The position numbers and the translations under genes were made by a program. From an uncultured delta proteobacterium (GTDB lineage Bacteria; Myxococcota; Myxococcia; Myxococcales; 40CM-4-68-19), in the NCBI GenBank assembly GCA_903911145.1, contig CAIWCD010000014.1:62001-126000 (forward strand): 64,000 nt of DNA. The letters run 5' to 3'. Shown piece after piece: positions 50,046-59,429 of this stretch; within the stretch, counting starts at the first letter, position 1, and each line of letters opens with the position of its first letter. A model generated the notes under the pieces. That model searched no databases, was not told the origin of the DNA, and was given only the letters and a program-made list of their open reading frames with translations.

Positions 50046-53000
50046 TTAAACCACGTCCGACTGCATCTCCCCGCTCTCCGCACGGATCTTCGCGAGCTCC
50101 TCCGCGAGCACTTCAATCGTCTCGCGAATCTGCTGCTCCGTATGCGTCGCCGTCACGAAGAACCGCAGCCGCGCCGCCGTCTCCTCGACTGCCGGATATA
50201 AAATCGGCTGCACGTTAATCCCCCGCTGTCTTAATGCCTCGCTTAATTGGAGGCTGTGCAGCGAGTTCCCGACAATCGCCGGCACCACTGCGGAGCCGCC
50301 GGCCATGCCCGTATCGATTCCCTTCTCGCGCGCCAGTTGCAGGAAGAGCCGGGCCCGCTCGTGCAGACGCTGCACCTTCTCCGGATGCTGCTGCAGTTGC
50401 TTGAGCGACTCGAGACCCGCGGCCGCATTGGCCGGAGTAATGCCGACCGAGAAGACAAATCCGGGCGTCGTGTACTTCAGGTATTGAATGAGCGTCTTCG
50501 AACCCGCGACATATCCGCCGCAGCTCGCGAGCGACTTCGACATCGTGCCCATCCAGAGATCGACGTCGCTGCGCACGACTCCATAGTGCTCGCCAACGCC
50601 GCGCCCCCGCGCCCCGAGCACGCCAATTGAATGGGCCTCGTCGACGAGGAGCAGCGCGCCATACTTCTTTTTCAGGCGGATATATTCGGGCAATGGCGAG
50701 ATATCGCCGTCCATCGAATAGACACCCTCGACGGCAATCAGCACGCGCTTGTAATGCGGTCGCAGCTGCTCGAGCTGCTTCTCGAGCGCGGCGACATCGT
50801 TGTGCGGGAACGGCCGTCGCTTCGCGCCCGACAGCTTCGCGCCGCCCATGATGCAGTCGTGCGCGAGCGAGTCGTGGAGGATGAGATCGCCGTCGCCCAT
50901 CAGGTGGCCGATCACGGTTACGAAGACGCCGTGACCTGAAACCATGACGACGGAATCTTCGCAGCCGAGGAACTGCGCGAGCTCCGTCTCGAGTTCGCGA
51001 TGCAGCGGCTTCTCGCCGGACGCGATGCGTGAGGCGGAGACCGACGTGCCGTAGCGCTCGACCGCGTCCTGTGCGGCTTTGGTGACGTGTGCGTCGCCGG
51101 AGAGGCCGACGTAGTTGTAGCTCGACCAGTTGATCATCGTGCGTCCGCCGATGACCGAGGTGTCGTTGGTCACGCGCTCGTGCACGTTGAAGTAGGGATT
51201 CTTCAATCCGAACGCGGCGGCCAGCCCGATGCGCTGCTCGAGTTCCTGGACTTCAGGGAAGAGCTCGACGTTGTAGAGCTCCTCCGCGACCGTCGGAGAG
51301 ATGGTTGGTGTAGCAACGATCGGCGAGGCCTCAGGAGCGTGAGCACGAGGTTCGGGATTCGAGACTGGTGTCGAGGTTCGTGGCTCGAGGTTCGCGGTCG
51401 CGACTCGGGTCTCGAGAGTTGCGGGCTCGACATCGCGCACTGCAGAGAGGCCGCGGGCTCGCAGGAAGCGTGGATCGCGATGCTTGAACTCTCCCTCGAG
51501 TCCTCGGATCACGGCGATCACCCGGCCGCCGTCACCCTGCATCACCAGCGTGCCGCGCACGACGTCGCCCTGCGCCTGCTCGAGCGTGAGCGTGACGCGC
51601 AACGGCCCCTCCGGGAACGGGCCTTCAGCTGCGAACTCTTCGATGCCGATGGGGAAGCCTGCCCGGCCCAGTTGCGTCCACGACCAGTACCCCGCGAGCT
51701 GGAACGCACCGTCGAGCGCGAGAGGATCGACGGTCCAGTGCGTGCGCGGCGACGAGACGATCAGGTCGCTCGGCCGGCTGGTGCGGACCCAACCGACGAT
51801 GCCGGTGTCGCTGATCGATTCGATCGACGAGATGCCGCGCATGCGCGGGCCGTGGAACGTCGCGGTCGCGTAGAACTCATCGAGAGAGAGCGGCAACTCG
51901 GGCGCTTTGCCGTTGCTCGCCGGAGCGGGCGCTGCCGAGGAGAGGGCCGAGTTGACGTCTGCGCCAGGGCTCGCGAACGCCGAGTAGGACGGCGCGCGGG
52001 AGAATGAGCGCGGGCTCGCGAGCGGTGCAGCCGAGAGGGAGAGCGAGAGCTCTGCGCCAGTCCTGGCTTCCCCCATCGAGCGCACCGACAGTCGCGATGC
52101 CTCGGAAATGCGGATCGGTTGCCGCAGCTTCAGATCGCGCACCAGCAGTGACTTTGCAGCGCCACCTGCCGCTTCGAGCGCGGCGCAACCGAGCAGATCG
52201 AGCGCGCTCGCGAGAGGGAGCACGGGCTGACCGGCGAGCTGGTGATCCTCGAGATAGACATGGTTCTTGCGCTCGATGAGCTGCTCGAGTTGGTGCGCGG
52301 TCTTGCGCGTCGGCGAGCTCGGTGCGAGCAGCAAATCGCCGCTCGCGCCCGCAGCCAGAGCGGTCGCGAGCGCTTGCGTGCCGCGGTGATCATCGATGAA
52401 CGGGACGCCCTGTTCGGCGAGCGCCGCACGTGCAAACGACGGAATGCGCGCGACGAGCGTGGTGCCATCCCAAGGCGGAAAGCCGAGCGCGAGTGCACGC
52501 AGGCCTGGGCGCAGCGAAGGCAGAATCGTCGCGGCCGCGCCCAGCGCGGAGTTGCCGGCCGCGTAGTCCACCTGTCCGGCATTTCCGAAGCGACCCGACC
52601 ACGAGGTCGTGAAGAGCGCGAGCCGCATCGGATCCGTCGCGGTGGCTGCCAGCAACTGCGCGAGGCCCGCGAGCTTCGGGCCGAGGACGCGGATGAACTG
52701 CGCCTCGTCCTTGCCTGCCGATGGTCCATCTTCTGCGACGCCTGCGGCGTGGAGCAGCGCGGTGAACGGGCCGAACGACGTGCGCATCGCCGCGAGCGCG
52801 CTGGGCGCGGGTTGCGTGACGTCCCACTGTAGGTAATCCGCGCGTGCTCCACGGCCGCGAAGGAGCGCGACAGCGGCGTCGCTCTCGCTGCTTGCGGCCG
52901 AGCGGCCGAGGAGGACGAAAGCGGCGCCAGGCGCGCGCGTGGCGAGTTCCGCGGCGAGCTTGAGTCCCACTCCCTTTGCGCCTCCGCTCACCAGCACGAC

Positions 53001-56000
53001 ATCGCTTGCCGCCAACGAGATCGCGGCTGAAGAGACGCACTGCCGCAATTCGAGCTCGTACCGGTTCGCAGCGGCGAGCCCGACCTCTGCCGTCGCATCC
53101 CCGGACCGCAGCTCGGCGAAGATCGCGTCCGCGATCGCATTCGCGCCGTCGGCGAGATCGACATCGATCAGCTTGACGAGTTCGTCGGACCGTTCGCGTG
53201 CGAGCGACTTGGTGAAGCCATCGAGTGCGGCGGCGGCCATTGCACCGACGCGGTCTGCTCCTGTGATGCCGAACTGCCCGCCGCGCGCCGTGGCGACGAC
53301 GAAGAGTCCGCGCGAGACGGCATCACCACCGCGTGCCTGCGCGCGAGCGAACTGCTGGGCCGCGAGGAGCGGCGCGAGCGATGACGAGAGTTCAAGCGCG
53401 TTCCGCTCCGCCGAACCGATCAGCGTCGCGAGTGAATCTCCGGTGCCGAGGGCCGCGAGATGGAGCACGCCTCCGATCGGCCCGACAGCGCGGGCTGCGG
53501 TCTGGAGCAGCGCAAGCGCATCGAGCGGCCCTCCCGCTGACAGCGAGTGGAGGCGGGGAGCAATGGCCGCAAGCTCGCGCGCGGGAGCCTCGAGATCGAT
53601 GAGCACCACCTCGTGCCCGGAGCCAGCAAGGCGCGCCGAGAGCGCATCGGCGATGCCGTGACGATCGCGTGTGATGAAGAGCGCGCGCGGCAGCGGAGTC
53701 TCTGCTGGAGTCTGGCCGCGCCGTGGGGTTGCAATCGCGCGCGTGGAGAAGGGCAGCAACTCCGGACCCGCGCTCGCGACCGCACCCAGAGCGGCCGAGA
53801 GCGATTCGGTTGGAGTCGCAATTCCCGGCGGCGTCTGCAGCGTGCGCACCACGTGCTCGATCACATCCTGCACCGAGGTGCCTGCTCCGAGCAGGCTGCG
53901 CGGCAAGGCGCCTGCTCGCGGAAACGCCTTCTGCACGTCGCCGTCGAGTTCGACCGTCATCAGGGAATCGAAGCCGAGTTCTCCGGAAAGGGTCTGCGAA
54001 CTCTTGAGTGCCTCGAGAGGAAAGGCGCTGATGCGGGAGACGGACGCGAACACGGCCGCTGTCACCTCGGCGCGCAGCTTCCCGGAGTCGTCGTGCCCTG
54101 GAGCCTCCGGAGCCTTGCTGGGCGCGGGGTTGCGCGATTGTGGTCCCGCATCGTTCGGCGCACGGTCGACGGCGCTGCGCGGTGCCGGAGTCGACGGCGC
54201 CGCGAGCAACTGCGGCTGAACTGAGCCGGGAGCCGCGCTGGTCGCCGCGTCGATTGACGGTAGTGAAACTCCGTGGCTCGCGAGTGCTTCCGCTTGCCGC
54301 TGCAGCACCTGGGACTGCGTCTGCAACAGCGCCACCTGCTCACGGAACAGCGCGACCAGCGAATCCATTCGCTCGCTCCCTCGCGGAGCCGCGCTCTTGG
54401 CGGTGCCGCTGTTGTTGGCGACTTCCTGCGTTGCCTGCTTCGCACCGACTGCGATCAGCAGGGGTGTCGTTGATGTTGCCGAAGGCTCGACGCTCCAGTA
54501 CGGCTGCGTCTCGATCGGAGAGGGCGGCAGCGCGACGAACTGCGCGCGACCGTCGAACAGCGGTGCGAGATCGAGCGGCACGCCGGAGCAGAAGAGCAGG
54601 CCCAGCGCGTGTGCGAGCTGCGCGAGGCCGTCATCATCGCGCGCCGCGAGCGAGGCGACTGCGAACCGATCGGCCTCGGCCAGCGTGCTTCTGGCAAACG
54701 CCGCGAGCGTGTTTCCCGCTCCGACCTGGAGGAAGATTCGCGCGCCCGCTCCCGCCGGAGACGGAGCCGCGGCGGTCTGGAGTGCGGCCATGAAATCGAC
54801 CGGGGCGGTCGCGTGCTGCACCCAGATCTCGCGCACGGCCGCGCTCTGCACGGGGTAGCGCGCGCCGGTGATTCCGCTGATGACCGGCGCCTTCGCCGAT
54901 TTCAGCTCGAGAGCCGCGACGCGCGCGTTCATCTCCTGCGCGATGCCAGCGACCAGCGGCGAGTGGAACGCGTGCGAAACGTCGAGCGTCGTCGTCTTCA
55001 CCGCGCGGGAGTCGAGCAGCGCCCGCGCAGCGGCAATGCCCTTGCTGCTCCCGGAGATCACGGTCTGCGTCGGGTGGTTGAGATTCGCCGCGACAACAGG
55101 CTCGGCCGCGCCTGGGCGATGCTCGATGGGCAGCTGATCGAGCAGGCTCTGCACGGTCGAGCGATCGGCCGCCGCGGAAGCCATCGCGCCGCGATCGTCG
55201 AGAGGAAGCGCAACCATCGCCAGACCGCGCTGCGCGACGAGCTGCACGCACTCTTCGGCCGAGATGATCCCCGCTGCTGCGGCCGCCGCGAACTCGCCGA
55301 GGCTGTGACCGAGCAGCGCATCGGCCTCGATGCCGAAAGACTCGAGGAGCGCGTGCAGAGCGAGCCCGAGCGCGGCCATCACGGGCTGGCAGACCTGCGT
55401 CGCGGTCAGCCGCAGTTCCGCCGCGCGCAAGGCCGAAGCGTCGGGCGATCCGTCGTCGGAGCGCGGGAGTTCCGGATAGACGAACGAGCGCAAAGTGCCG
55501 CCCAGCGCGGCCTGCAGCTCGCTGCCGAGCGCAGCGTCGAGCGCGTCGAATCGATCGCGGAAGAGTGGAAACTGTGCGTCGAACTCGCGCAGCAGATTCA
55601 CCCGCTGCGCTCCCTGTCCAGGAAAGAGCAGGGCGAGCTTTCGCTGCGCGGGCGCGAACGGGCCTTGCGCAAAGACGACTCCCGGCACGAGCGCGCGTGG
55701 TGCAATCGTCGCGCTTGAGCCATCGCCGGGCCGCTTCGCGACATCGTTGGTATTCAACAGATCGAGCGCGCCAGCAGCGGCCGCCAGACGTTCGGCGAGC
55801 TGTGCGAACGAGTCGGCGACGATTGCCAGTCGCGCATCGCAAGCGGTGCGCAACGAGAGCGTGAGCGCGAGTCCCGCCAGCGAGCCTGCATCGCGCTCGA
55901 CCATCGGCAGCGAGGCGCAGAGCTCGCGCGCGGCCTGCGCGACCAGTGAAGCTTGCGCGCCCGAGAGGAGAAAGAGTTCAGCGCGACGGGGCGAGGCCTG

Positions 56001-57524
56001 TGTGGCCAGATGATTGGTGTTCAAAGCATCTGTTGCCGGACCGCGCGGGACCTGCACGCGCATCGGACGCTGCGCCGCGGCTGGCGCCTCCTCGAGTACG
56101 AGGTGCGCATTGGTTCCGCCGAACCCGAACGAGCTGACGGCGCCGCGGCGCGGGTACGCGCTCTGCACCCAGGATTGCGCGGCATGAGGAAGAAAGAACG
56201 GTCCGGCATCTCCTCCCTCGGCAGAGAGGCCGAGCTTGGGGTTCTCCGTGTTCACGGACGGCTGCGGTGGCAACGTCCGCGTGTGCAGCGCCATCGCCAC
56301 CTTGATGAGTCCCGCGGCTCCCGCGGCCGACATGGTGTGCCCGACGTTCGCCTTGACCGAACCGAGCGCCGTGTGAGCTCCCGCGCTCGCGCTCCAGCCC
56401 TGCTCCTCGAAGAGCGAGCGCAGCGCCGAGACCTCGACGACATCGCCGACCGTGGTCGCCGTGCCATGCGTTTCGATCAGGCCCAGCGTGGTCGCGGAGA
56501 ATCCGGCGTTGCGGTAGGCGAGCCGCAGCGCCTCGAGTTGGCCGCCCTGCCGCGGCGTCATCGGTCCGTCGCTGCGCCCGTCGTTGTTGCAGGATGAACC
56601 GCGAATTACCGCGTAGACCCGATCGCCGTCGCGCAGCGCATCGTCCATGCGCTTCAAGATCGCGACGCCGACTCCCTCGCCCATGACGAAGCCGTCGGCA
56701 TTCGCGTCGAAGGGGCGGCACTCGCCCGCGCGCGAGATCGCACCGATGCGCGAGAAGCCGACGAGGTTGTCGGGCAGCAGATTCAGATAGACGCCGCCCG
56801 CGATCGCCGTGTCGATCTCTCCTGCTCGCAGGTTGACGATTGCCTGGTGCGTTGCGACGAGAGCCGAGCTGCACGCGGCGTCGAGCGCATACGCAGGCCC
56901 ACCCAGATTCCACTGCTGCGCAACCACCGCGGCAGCCATGTTGAGCAGGTTCCCTGCGATCGAAAACGCGCGCATCGGCAGCGCGTCCTGCGAGAGGGCC
57001 GCGACCAGTTCGTCGATCTCCTGGGCGCGCTGCGCTGTCGGCTTGCGGCCAAACTGCCCTTGCGCGAGCGCCATCATGCGCAGCCTCGCGCCGATGAGCT
57101 CCTTGTGCTCGCTGACGCTGGCCCCGACGAAGACTCCCGTGCGCGAGCGATCCCATGCAGCAGCCGCGCGGTGTGCGCTGGATGCGGCCGAGCGAGGTGC
57201 ATCGAGCCCTGCGTCCTCGAGCGCGCAGCGGACCGCATCGAGGAGCAGGCGATGCTGCGGGTCCGTCACCTGGATGCGCCGCGGAGCGAGACCGAAGTGA
57301 AGCGCCCCGAACCCGCGCAGCTCCGCGTCGTCGAGATAGGCCCCTCGATCGATATAGGCCTTCTCGGGAATGCGCAGCGAGGTGTCGTGGAACGCGTCGT
57401 GGTTCCACCGCGAACGCGGCACGGGTCGGAACGTCACTTCGCCGCGGCGGATCAGCTCCCAGAAGGCGCGCGGATTCGGCGCCGAGGGGAACCGGCAGCC
57501 CATCCCGATGATCGCGATGTCCAC
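50046..57524 (-). CDS. Type I PKS/FAS KS-AT-ACP-KR-DH fused to C-terminal PLP-dependent alpha-oxoamine synthase (AONS/SPT-like)
   Basis: KS DAACSS/HGTAT/VGH; AT GHSLG/HAFHS; ACP LGFDSL; KR GGAKGVG..YAAGN; DH DHQLAGQPVLP..LDGAFQ; AOS SYNYVG, DEAHS, GTMSKS. Confidence 0.93.
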   Translation of the reverse strand: MDIAIIGMGCRFPSAPNPRAFWELIRRGEVTFRPVPRSRWNHDAFHDTSLRIPEKAYIDRGAYLDDAELRGFGALHFGLAPRRIQVTDPQHRLLLDAVRCALEDAGLDAPRSAASSAHRAAAAWDRSRTGVFVGASVSEHKELIGARLRMMALAQGQFGRKPTAQRAQEIDELVAALSQDALPMRAFSIAGNLLNMAAAVVAQQWNLGGPAYALDAACSSALVATHQAIVNLRAGEIDTAIAGGVYLNLLPDNLVGFSRIGAISRAGECRPFDANADGFVMGEGVGVAILKRMDDALRDGDRVYAVIRGSSCNNDGRSDGPMTPRQGGQLEALRLAYRNAGFSATTLGLIETHGTATTVGDVVEVSALRSLFEEQGWSASAGAHTALGSVKANVGHTMSAAGAAGLIKVAMALHTRTLPPQPSVNTENPKLGLSAEGGDAGPFFLPHAAQSWVQSAYPRRGAVSSFGFGGTNAHLVLEEAPAAAQRPMRVQVPRGPATDALNTNHLATQASPRRAELFLLSGAQASLVAQAARELCASLPMVERDAGSLAGLALTLSLRTACDARLAIVADSFAQLAERLAAAAGALDLLNTNDVAKRPGDGSSATIAPRALVPGVVFAQGPFAPAQRKLALLFPGQGAQRVNLLREFDAQFPLFRDRFDALDAALGSELQAALGGTLRSFVYPELPRSDDGSPDASALRAAELRLTATQVCQPVMAALGLALHALLESFGIEADALLGHSLGEFAAAAAAGIISAEECVQLVAQRGLAMVALPLDDRGAMASAAADRSTVQSLLDQLPIEHRPGAAEPVVAANLNHPTQTVISGSSKGIAAARALLDSRAVKTTTLDVSHAFHSPLVAGIAQEMNARVAALELKSAKAPVISGITGARYPVQSAAVREIWVQHATAPVDFMAALQTAAAPSPAGAGARIFLQVGAGNTLAAFARSTLAEADRFAVASLAARDDDGLAQLAHALGLLFCSGVPLDLAPLFDGRAQFVALPPSPIETQPYWSVEPSATSTTPLLIAVGAKQATQEVANNSGTAKSAAPRGSERMDSLVALFREQVALLQTQSQVLQRQAEALASHGVSLPSIDAATSAAPGSVQPQLLAAPSTPAPRSAVDRAPNDAGPQSRNPAPSKAPEAPGHDDSGKLRAEVTAAVFASVSRISAFPLEALKSSQTLSGELGFDSLMTVELDGDVQKAFPRAGALPRSLLGAGTSVQDVIEHVVRTLQTPPGIATPTESLSAALGAVASAGPELLPFSTRAIATPRRGQTPAETPLPRALFITRDRHGIADALSARLAGSGHEVVLIDLEAPARELAAIAPRLHSLSAGGPLDALALLQTAARAVGPIGGVLHLAALGTGDSLATLIGSAERNALELSSSLAPLLAAQQFARAQARGGDAVSRGLFVVATARGGQFGITGADRVGAMAAAALDGFTKSLARERSDELVKLIDVDLADGANAIADAIFAELRSGDATAEVGLAAANRYELELRQCVSSAAISLAASDVVLVSGGAKGVGLKLAAELATRAPGAAFVLLGRSAASSESDAAVALLRGRGARADYLQWDVTQPAPSALAAMRTSFGPFTALLHAAGVAEDGPSAGKDEAQFIRVLGPKLAGLAQLLAATATDPMRLALFTTSWSGRFGNAGQVDYAAGNSALGAAATILPSLRPGLRALALGFPPWDGTTLVARIPSFARAALAEQGVPFIDDHRGTQALATALAAGASGDLLLAPSSPTRKTAHQLEQLIERKNHVYLEDHQLAGQPVLPLASALDLLGCAALEAAGGAAKSLLVRDLKLRQPIRISEASRLSVRSMGEARTGAELSLSLSAAPLASPRSFSRAPSYSAFASPGADVNSALSSAAPAPASNGKAPELPLSLDEFYATATFHGPRMRGISSIESISDTGIVGWVRTSRPSDLIVSSPRTHWTVDPLALDGAFQLAGYWSWTQLGRAGFPIGIEEFAAEGPFPEGPLRVTLTLEQAQGDVVRGTLVMQGDGGRVIAVIRGLEGEFKHRDPRFLRARGLSAVRDVEPATLETRVATANLEPRTSTPVSNPEPRAHAPEASPIVATPTISPTVAEELYNVELFPEVQELEQRIGLAAAFGLKNPYFNVHERVTNDTSVIGGRTMINWSSYNYVGLSGDAHVTKAAQDAVERYGTSVSASRIASGEKPLHRELETELAQFLGCEDSVVMVSGHGVFVTVIGHLMGDGDLILHDSLAHDCIMGGAKLSGAKRRPFPHNDVAALEKQLEQLRPHYKRVLIAVEGVYSMDGDISPLPEYIRLKKKYGALLLVDEAHSIGVLGARGRGVGEHYGVVRSDVDLWMGTMSKSLASCGGYVAGSKTLIQYLKYTTPGFVFSVGITPANAAAGLESLKQLQQHPEKVQRLHERARLFLQLAREKGIDTGMAGGSAVVPAIVGNSLHSLQLSEALRQRGINVQPILYPAVEETAARLRFFVTATHTEQQIRETIEVLAEELAKIRAESGEMQSDVV

Positions 57525-57734
57525 TCTCTATCTGCTCCTTCCACGAAGACCGGCTCGCCTACAGGGAGCCAACGGTGCCGTCAAGCGGCCTTGCTGCCCT
57601 TGCGTTCAGTGCTGGAATCATGGGTGTCCGTCGCCAGACTTCGCGCCGTGCGGTTTGTGACTCGGACGTGCCTACAAAGTCGCTCCGATCGACGGGTGGC
57701 GGATGAGCTGCACAGGCCCTATGGTGCGCGCCCT

Positions 57735-58715
57735 ATGAAAATCCTCCTGACTGGCGGCTCCGGTTTCGTCGGCTCCTATGTCGCAGAGCAGCTCACGCAG
57801 GCTGGGCACACTGTGCGCGCGCTGGTGCGCCCATCGAGCGACAAGCGCACGCTCGAAAAGATCGCGGGCCTCGAGTTCGCGGTCGGCGCGGTCGAGCAGG
57901 CGGCAACGCTCGCGCCCGCAGCGCAGGGCTGCGAGGTCGTCGTGCACGTCGCGGGACTGGTGAAGGCGAGAAATGCCGCCGAGTTCTTCGCCGTCAACGA
58001 GCAGGGCACAAAGAATCTCCTCGCCGCAGCGGAGAGCGCGGGCGTGCGCCGTTTCGTCTATGTCTCCTCTCTCGCGGCGGTTGGTCCCAGCCTCGACGGC
58101 AAGCCCGTCCCGGACGACGCAGCGCCGAACCCGGTCACGCACTACGGCCGCAGCAAGCTCGCTGGAGAACGTGCGGTGCTCGCCGCGAAGGATCGCATCG
58201 CCGTGACAGTCATCCGGCCGCCGATGGTCTACGGCCCGCGCGATCACGAGACGCTGGCGTTCTTCAAGTCGGTGAAGAACGGCGTTCTCCCTCTGCTCGG
58301 CGACGGGAAGAACACGCTCAGCATGGTCTACGGAGAGGATTGCGCGCGCGCGATCACGCTGGCGGCGCTCACGGACACTCCGTCAGGCCGCACCTATTTC
58401 GTCGAGGACGGAAGCGTCTACGTCTGGAAGGAGGCAGTGACGGAGGTGGAGAGATCGCTCGGCAAGCGGGCCTTCGTGCGCATCGGGCTTCCGATGTTCG
58501 TCGTCCAGCTTGCGGCGGCGGCGACGCAGACGTGGGGCAAGCTCTCCAACACCGCGCAGATGCTCACCCTCGACAAAGTGCAGGAGCTCAAGCAGCCTCA
58601 CTGGGTCTGCTCGGGCGAGGGGGCGCGCAAGGAGTTGGGCTGGACCCCTCGCGTGCAATGGCACGAAGGGGTCAAGCTCGCGGCAGATTGGTACCGCGCG
58701 CAGGGGTGGCTCTGA
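57735..58715 (+). CDS. NAD-dependent epimerase/dehydratase (extended SDR)
   Basis: TGGSGFVG, HVAG, VSS, YGRSK, VYGP; divergent from PKS. Confidence 0.9.
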   Translation: MKILLTGGSGFVGSYVAEQLTQAGHTVRALVRPSSDKRTLEKIAGLEFAVGAVEQAATLAPAAQGCEVVVHVAGLVKARNAAEFFAVNEQGTKNLLAAAESAGVRRFVYVSSLAAVGPSLDGKPVPDDAAPNPVTHYGRSKLAGERAVLAAKDRIAVTVIRPPMVYGPRDHETLAFFKSVKNGVLPLLGDGKNTLSMVYGEDCARAITLAALTDTPSGRTYFVEDGSVYVWKEAVTEVERSLGKRAFVRIGLPMFVVQLAAAATQTWGKLSNTAQMLTLDKVQELKQPHWVCSGEGARKELGWTPRVQWHEGVKLAADWYRAQGWL

Positions 58716-58745
58716 CCCGCACTGCGCGCGGCTCTCCGGTCTCGC

Positions 58746-59290
58746 CTAGAACGAAATGGAGAGGTTGACGATCGCGCTCACCGCCGTGCCCACGTCCGTG
58801 ATCGTCCACGAGAAGGTTCCGGCCTGCGTGCTGCTTCCCTTCGTGTAGTTCTCGGCCCAGTCGTTCTGCGTCCCGCTGATCGTCGCGATCGCCGAGCCCT
58901 CCGACGAGTCGACGTTGCTGTTGGCCGCATCGTAGGTCCCGGTCGCGAACGCACCCTCGAACTGCATGATCGCACCGCCGCTGCTGAAGGCCGAGGCGTC
59001 GGTGCCGGTTGCGGGCGTGTCAGAGGCGATCGAGATCGACGAGGTCGTGGTGTGGCTCGCGGTGACCGTGCAAGGAGCGTTATCTGTGAACCGGCCGAGG
59101 AGACGTTGAGCGTGAACGTTCCGCTGTCGGGATGATTCTGCTGGTCGGTCGCGTGCAGCGACATGTCCCAGACGTCGGTCTGGCCCTGCGTGACGATGAT
59201 CTCGCCGTACGGCGTGTTGCTCGTGTTGAAGGTCGTCGGTCCGAAGTCCGCGCCGCTGTTCAGCGTGAACGCCGATGCTGTCCCTTGGAC
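58746..59290 (-). pseudogene. Probable fragmented gene related to the 27492 lipoprotein
   Basis: Protein-like Thr/Gly-rich text switches frame near 59085; no signal peptide or clear start; shared GTF.(L/W).(V/I)...G motif. Confidence 0.5.
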
Positions 59291-59429
59291 CGCACCGCGC
59301 AGCTGTAGGACGCGCTGACCGCACCGGTGAGTGTGTAAGAGCAACTCAAGGATGCGTGCGCGACATTTCTGGTGCAGCGATCGGACGAACTCGTGCGCGC
59401 AGGAACGCGCATGTTATCGGGGCAGCGTC

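Noticed and set aside
49916..50116. ORF with RGSRFEV repeats
   Set aside because: It is simply the translation of the heptamer array, overlaps the PKS end and has no RBS.
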